A DNA stretch of 64,000 nucleotides from Mantamonas sphyraenae STR306 (Eukaryota; Protista; CRuMs), in assembly GCA_026936335.1 (NCBI GenBank), contig JAPMXV010000003.1, positions 367,181-431,180 of the forward strand. The letters are read 5' to 3'. This document shows positions 57,379 through 64,000 of this stretch, piece after piece; position 1 is the first letter of the stretch; each line of letters starts with the position of its first letter. The position numbers and the translations under genes were made by a program. A model generated the notes under the pieces. That model was not told the DNA's origin and ran no database searches. It worked only from the letters and a program-made list of their open reading frames with translations.

Positions 57379-59912
57379 ATGTTGTCGTTTGGGAGCGATG
57401 CAGGGATCCATAAACAGGTAGAGGAGGAGGAAGAGAGGCGGGAGGAGAGGACGACGGGGAAAGGAGAGAGAGAGGAGGAGGAGGAGGAGGAGGAGGAGAA
57501 GGTGGAGTATGTGTACGAGGTGGTGTACGAGTCGGAGGAAGAGGGAGGAGGGTACTTTGCTGGAGGGGGAGGGAGCAAGGGGCGTCCGGTGTCGGCAAAG
57601 ACACGGGCGAGGCGAAAGGCGCTGGAGATGGAGATGAAAAAGGTGCGGGAGGAGGAGTGGATGAAACGGGCCGGGAAGTTGCCCCCGGCGGAGAAGCGAA
57701 AACGGTACCGGACGGACGCAGAAAAGGCAGAGAGACTGCGAAGGAAGATGCAGGAGATGCGCAAGGGGGAGGAAGACGCAGTGATGCTGCTGAGCGAACA
57801 AAGGGGTGAGTTTGGAGTCGGGTGGGGCGCAGAGAGAGTCCGGAGCCGTTGGGCTGACACGATGTGAGGCGTGGTTGCACAGCACTGGAGGGGGGACTGA
57901 GTTTGCCCGAGTCGCATTCGCGGCGGAGACAAATGATGTCTGTGATCATGCGGCCACCAGGCCATGCAAAGCACACGACGGTGCTGAAGAGTGGGGCTGT
58001 GTTTCTGGGCCTTGCGCAGCGGCAGCGGTCGACAAAGCCAGAGATGCTGCGGGAACAGCGGGGAAAGCAGGCGCTGATGCGTCAAAAGGACCAAATGGAC
58101 GCGTGGGACCGTGGCGAGGAGCGTGTGGCGGTGACTGCGCGAGGAGACCAGGGGATTGCCGGGACGCGGAGCGGGGTTCGGTTTAGCGGGTATAGCGGAC
58201 GGGAGAGCGGTGCAAGGGCAGCGAAAGCAGACGTCCTTTTGCAAAAGACACTGAACAAGAAGGAAGAAGCCAAGATACGGAAGCGGCTGGCGGAAGAGGA
58301 GGCGCAGCGGCGTGCGGAGGCGAGGGCGGAGGCGGAGCGGCAGCGCAGGCGGAAGGCAGAGGCAGAAGCAGCAGCAGCGGCAGAAACGGAGGAAGAGGAG
58401 GAGAAAAAGAAGAGCAAGCCAAAAGTGGAGGCGAAACGTGGGGTCAGCAGGGAGCGGACGCAGCAACAGAGGCGGCGAGGGGGCTTTCGGCGTCGAGCAC
58501 GTGAAGGGTTGCGTGTGAACACAGCCGGAAGCAAGAAGAGTCGGCGGTCTCGTGCGACGGCAAGCCGTGGGAGCGCGCTGACGTCAGGGTCGATGACGAG
58601 CACCAACACAAACAGCCAAAATTCGTCGTACAGCAGCCGGGGCTGGTGGAGCGAACTGGACGAGGAGGAGGAGGAGGATGAGCTGGACGAAGCTTTCTAT
58701 TCGGAGATGTACAGAGAAGTCGGGGAGGAGAGGATGGCGGAGGACGGGCTGGAGAGACCGCAAGGGCTGGTGACGGAAGGAGGCAAGGTGATACGGTCGG
58801 GGGGAGAGCGGCCGGATTGGATCACGCAGCTGCCGCTGAACAGCGAGCACGAATTGGCGTCGTCGATTGGAAGCGTGCATTTGCCGTCGATGGTGCACGA
58901 CCGGCAGGTGGAGCACAACAAGCGCGGGTACCTTGTGGGACCGCGGCCGGGAGGCAGGAACACGCAGAGCGTGGTGGTGGCGCGGCAGGCTTACCTGGCG
59001 AAGCAGCAGGCAGAGCAGCTAGGTCGGCAGCTAGGTGACGGCAAGCGAGGGAAGAGAGGAAGGCGGGGCGGCAGAAGGAGCGCAGACAGCGACAGCGTGG
59101 CGTCGAGCTTGACGAACGAGCTGGAGACGCTGCAATCGAACATCAGCACACGGCTGAGCCGGTTCTACGCGACTGTGGGCGAGGAGCTGATGCAAGGGGA
59201 GGAGGAGGTGGACGGAGAGGAGGACAAGGCGCTGCGCATGGCGCTGCTTGGACGTGCGGGACTGGCCGAGGTTGTGGAGGACAACGGAGACGCTGAGGCG
59301 ACGACGTCGGCCGAGTACTGGGAGGACATGATCCGAAACCAAATGACACGGCTCATGATGCAACGGAGTCCGGAAGTGGGAGTAGACGAAGATGTGGGCC
59401 ACAACGAGACCGGGGCCAACCTGGTGGACGGAGCTGCGGAGCTGATGAGCAGGAAGAGCAGGCGGTGGCAGGAGGAACACAAGCAGCCGTCAACGCTGGA
59501 GGTGGCACGTGCGCGGCGGCGCAAGGAAGAAGAGATGGAGGTTACGTTTGGGAAGCTGCACAACTACACGTGGCGGGGAAAGAGCGAGGCGGAGCTGAGC
59601 GAGGAGAGGATCCAGAAGGAGATAAGGGAAAAGATGCAGAACGAGTACTGGGAGGTGCAGGTGCGGAACCGCATGAAGGAGGCGGGCCATGTGAGCTCGC
59701 GTGTACCCGTGGCTGTGGATGAGCAAGAGGACGAGGCGGAGGAGATTGGGGCGGAGCGGGTGGAGTTTGGGGTCATGGACCTTGACTTTGGTGAGGATGG
59801 AGGGGATGGAGGGGGAGGAGCCGGGTTTGGTGTGGTTGGGGAGCGTGAGCAGCAGGAGAGCGAGTTGGTGAGGGGCGTGGTGGCGAGGGAGGTGAGAAAC
59901 TGGTTTCGGTGA
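57379..59912 (+). CDS. Uncharacterised charged, coiled-coil, low-complexity protein
   Basis: Exon 57379-57805 joins in frame, through intron 57806-57882, to the long ORF ending at 59912. No family recognised. Confidence 0.6.
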
Positions 59913-59967
59913 TGCAAGGTGTGGTTGGGGGAAGACGGGAGGGAGGGAGGGAGGGAATGAAATGGGT

Positions 59968-62900
59968 TCATTCGAGGCGTTGGCGTTTGGAGGAGGAGGA
60001 GGAGGAGGAGGAGGAGGAAGGGTCTTTGCGCTTGGGGAGGGTGAAGGAGGGGATGGGGTAGGCGTTGACGAGTGCGGTGGTGGTGGGGCGGGTGGTGATG
60101 TGGGGTGTGATGCGGTCGATGAGGGTGTGCAGGAGGGTGTGCAGTGTGGCGTCGCTGGGTTGGGGGTTGTCGAGCCAGGCGATCTTGAGGGAGAGGGAGG
60201 TGACGCCGCGGGTGAGGGTGGCGCTGATGGCCATGGACGCCTGCTGGTAGGTGAGGCGTGGCCTGAGGAGGCGGACAAAGAAGGCCAGGTCGACAGGCGG
60301 CACGCCAACGTTGCCCAGCGCCAGGATGATGTGGCGCACCAGGGACATCTTGCTGCCGTTGTTGATCAGCTCACGCAGTGCCTGGTGCTCGTGTGTGTGC
60401 TGGTGGCGAGGGTGCTTGGCTGCGCGTGCCTTCATGTGTGCCAGCAGCGTCTGGAACTCCCGCGCCGTGCAGCTACCACGCTCGTCTCCGGTCTTGCTCC
60501 AGCCGCTGCGCACTGACTCTGGATGCCACTTGACCACCTTGTTGTCGGCGAGGTGGTGGTCGTAGTCGCCTTGTGTCCAGTGTGGGTCGCTGTCGTCGTC
60601 AACTGGGCGTCGTGCTTCCTGCAGCCACACCTGGGTCTGCTCGTGCTGCTTCCAGGTTGTGGGATGGGTCCTGTTGCCGAGAGTGTCCATCTCTGTCATG
60701 AGGAGGTGGAGGAGGGCGTAGTTGGGGTCGCCGTGGTCGTGCGGCTCCTCCAACCAGCACACCTTCAACCCAGCCCTTGTCACACCCGTGGCCAGACCAG
60801 CGTGGAGGATGACTTTGCTGCACGCCTGTTGATCCATGTCATGGCCGAGAAGGGTGAGACACAAGGCCATGTCGCCCTGGGAGAGGGGAATATTGCCCAG
60901 AGCGAGCTGAATCTGTCGGACCAGCGTGTTCAGGGTGCCATGGCAGACCACAACACGCGCCTGCAGGGTCATGAGGTCGGGGATGTGGTCGATGGGATGC
61001 TCATTGGCCAGGGTGTGCATGTGATTCAGCAGAGTCGTGTGCTCCTTCTTGTTGCTGTGGCTGCGCTCGCTCTTGCGCCAAAACGTCCAGCCACTGCGCA
61101 CAACGCCATCTGGCAGTCCATCCTCCACGGCCATCTTCTCCTTCTCTGTTGGCTCGGGCAGATCAAGCTTGGGGATGCGGAGGGCGTTGACGGCGTCGAT
61201 GGTGGTGGGAAGTGTGGTGATGTGGGGTGTGATGCGGTCGATGAGTGTGTGCAGGAGGGTGTGCAGTGTGGCGTCGCTGGGTTGGGGGTTGTCCAACCAG
61301 GCGATCTTGAGGGAGAGAGAGGTGACACCGCGGACGAGGGTGGCGCTGATGGCACCTTGAACTTGCTGGTAGGTGAGGTGTGGTCTGAGGAGGCGGGCAA
61401 AGAAGGCCAGGTCGACAGGCGGCACGCCAATGTTGCCCAGCGCCAGGATGATGTGTCGCAGCAAGGACTTCAGGCTGCCGTTGTTGATCAGCTCACGCAG
61501 TGCCTGGTGCTCGTGTGTGTGCTGATGGCGAGGATGCTTGGCTGCCCGTGCCTTCATGTGTGCCAGCAGCGTCTGGAACTCCCGCGCCGTGCAGCTGCCA
61601 CGCTCGTCGCTGAGACGGCTGCTCCAGCCACTGCGTACAGGCTCAGGATGCCACTTTTCCACGTTGGTGGTGGCGAGGTGGTGGTCGTAGTCGCATTGTG
61701 TCCAGTGTGGGTCGCTGTCGTTGTCACCAGGGCGTCGTGCTTTCTGCAGCCGCAGCCGGGTCTGCTCGTGCTCCTTCCAGGTGGTTGGGTGGGGCCTGTC
61801 ACCGAGTGTGTCCATCTCTGTCATTAGCAGGTGGAGAAGGGCGTAGTTGGGGTCGCCGTGGCCGTGTGGCTCCTCCAGCCAGCACACCTTCAACCCAGCC
61901 TCTGTCACACCCATGGCCAGACCAGCGTGGAGGATGGCATGGCTGCATCCCTGTTGATCCATATCACGGCCGAGAAGGGTGAGACAGAAGGCTATGTCAC
62001 CCTGGGAGATGGGGATGTTGCCCAGAGTGAGCTGAATCTGTCGGATCAGCGTGGTCGAGGTACCATGACAGACCACAACACGCGCCTGCAGGGTCACGAG
62101 GTCGGGGATGTCGTCGATAGGGTGCTCGTTGGCCAGGTTGTGCATGTGCTTCAGCAGTGTCCTGTGCTCCTTCTTGTTGCTGTGGCTGCGGTCGTCACTA
62201 GGTCCCATTTTCCACACATTGCGTACAACACCATCTTGCAACTTCTTCGTCTTGTCATCCTCTGCTTTTTTCCGTGCGCTGGTGTCTCCGTAATTGCCCC
62301 TCCTTGCCCGTGTGCTCGACGTTCCTGTCTCTGTGCCACTGCCAGCCGTGACCCTGAGCCTGCGCTGTCCGCTGCCTTCCATCGAGTGTGAACCAGTGAG
62401 TCGACTGGCGTGGTATCCTCGTCGTGTGCGGCCTCTACTTGGGCGTCTCGGCTGCCATTCGTCCGTGCCCTCCTGCTCCATGTGGTCTGTGTTGTCGTCG
62501 CTGTCGTCTTGCGGCATGTACTCCTCATCCATGGCATCACCAGTGTCTGCAAAGCTGAGTGGGCCCTGAGTTTCCAACTCGTCGTCCACGTGCTGCTGGG
62601 TTGCGTTGTTTGCCTCGCCGTCTTCAACAAACGCCTCCATCCATGAGCTGGACATCCACTCTGAGTTGCTGGAGGTTGACCGTGGTTCACGGTGGCCAAA
62701 GTTCAGGAACATCAGGTCCTCCACGTCGCCGGTGTCATGTGTGTGTGTGTCCTGGTCTGCGTCGTCGTCGTCGCTGTCTCCAGTCTGCCGTGTGGCCTGG
62801 TGGGAAGAGGACGACGATGTGGTGGTGGATGTGGTCCGTGTGATGCCGACAAAGGCAGGGCTGATGCGTTTGGGGACGCGGTTGTGGTTTGTGGTGGGTT

Positions 62901-63535
62901 GAGCAGGCGGAGGGTGCAACGGAGGCTGAGCGAAATGCATCTGTGCGGTTTGTCGCGGGTGAGGAGGCGGCGGAGGAGGGTAGGCGTAGTATGCGTGGCC
63001 CTGATGAGCATACGCGTGGTACTGCTGGGAGTGGGTGTTGACAGGGACCCAGATGATGGGTGGTTGTGGGTGCTGGTACGGGTTTTGTACGCCAGAGACG
63101 GGTAGCGTGTTCGGAAACGGCTGGGCAGCCATGGGAGGGACCAAGTACCCGTAGCTGTGGGGAGACGCGGACGGGCAGGGCGAGGTGGTACCGGTGAGCG
63201 GAAGGCGGAAGGGACGTCAGGGCAGAAGCGGGGGTGAACGGGAGGCTGGAACGAGCAAAGAGGGGAAAACGAAGGAGATTGGCAGACCGGGAAACTGGCA
63301 ACGGAGAGGGCAGTGACAGGGGGGAGGGGATCGGAGAAGAGCGGAGAAGGCAGCAGCGGTGGTGATAGGGAAGTGGAGATGCAGGGGAGGAGTGCAGGGA
63401 AGCGACGGGGGCATGGAGGAGGCAAGGAAGCGGGAGAAGCGGGCAGTCAGAAAACTGGGTGGAAGGCAGAACGCACGCTGGGTAGGTGTTGGGTGTGTGT
63501 TGTTGCTTCGGAGTGCTTGAATAGTCTTTGTCCAT
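59968..63535 (-). CDS. Telomere-adjacent protein with four copies (ABAB) of an unrecognised ~185-aa helical domain
   Basis: Exon 63535-63477, intron GTGCGT..CACAG, exon 63154-59968. It has a P/Q/Y-rich and acidic N-terminus and ends in a basic KRQRLE. Confidence 0.75.
60060..62240. repeat. Intragenic direct tandem duplication with a period of ~1122-1125 bp
   Basis: For example, GTGGTGATGTGGGGTGTGATGCGGTCGATGAG occurs at 60092 and 61214, and near-identical blocks occur at 61097 and 62222. Confidence 0.92.
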
Positions 63536-63801
63536 GATGGTGGTGGTGGTACAGGAGTGTACGTGGATTGTGTTGGACTGGTGGAGGGTGTTGTGGGTGT
63601 TGGTGATATTTTGGTTGAAGGCGGATGGGCAGTGCTGACTGCGCGGCGTTGCAGGACGACGGCCACTCATCAGCGACATTTCCACTCCCACCCATGGCCC
63701 ACCGCCCCATGTCACCACCCAACTCAGCCACCCCGCCAGCAGACACAAGCTCAACTCACATGACCTAAACCAGACACAACACTGTAACACCACGAAAAGA
63801 A

Positions 63802-64000
63802 TTAGGGTCAATGTTAGGGTTAGGGTTAGGGTTAGGTTAGGGTCAGGGTTAGGGCTAGGGTTAGGGTTAGGATTAGGGTTAGGGTTAGGGTTAGGGTTAG
63901 GGTTAGGGTTAGGGTTAGGGTTAGGGTTAGGGTTAGGGTTAGGGTTAGGTTAGGTTAGGGTTAGGGTTAGGGTTAGGGTTAGGGTTAGGGTTAGGGTTAG
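63802..64000 (+). repeat. Telomeric (TTAGGG)n array marking the chromosome end
   Basis: TTAGGG tandem array runs to the window end, with variant units TTAGG, TCAGGG, CTAGGG and TTAGGA, mostly near the proximal edge. Confidence 0.98.

Overview
The window is the right-hand end of a chromosome from a compact, GC-rich, intron-containing eukaryote, ending in a (TTAGGG)n telomere. RSPH3, ARL13B and WASP point to a flagellated protist; the genetic code is standard and the lineage cannot be fixed from sequence alone. About 30 protein-coding genes are packed in, often only 45-100 bp apart. Recognisable genes include ARF, an EEF1AKMT4-like methyltransferase, a purple acid phosphatase, a DHX57-like helicase, ARL13B, DCN1, TYSND1, HOP1/HORMAD, GMPPB, WASP, PMCA, RSPH3, STI1, BAF, DRE2, PIF1, TTI1, MYSM1 and SAP18. 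The most striking structure is a pair of ~3.5-kb inverted repeats (11401-14894 and 21585-25086) flanking a 6.7-kb cassette that contains the meiotic gene HOP1. Each arm encodes a nearly identical Zn-finger/Q-rich protein and a 4-TM protein whose two copies differ almost only in and beside the hydrophobic hairpins. This is a candidate invertible mating-type or recognition locus (inference, untested). Other notable items are an LMBR1-RGS-PH-RhoGAP fusion, a pseudo histidine kinase with IQ motifs, a BAF homologue, a telomere-adjacent gene with four copies of an unrecognised domain, and a strong telomere-ward G skew. Exon boundaries were derived by hand from GT-AG sites and reading frame, and family calls rest on recalled motifs, not database searches.
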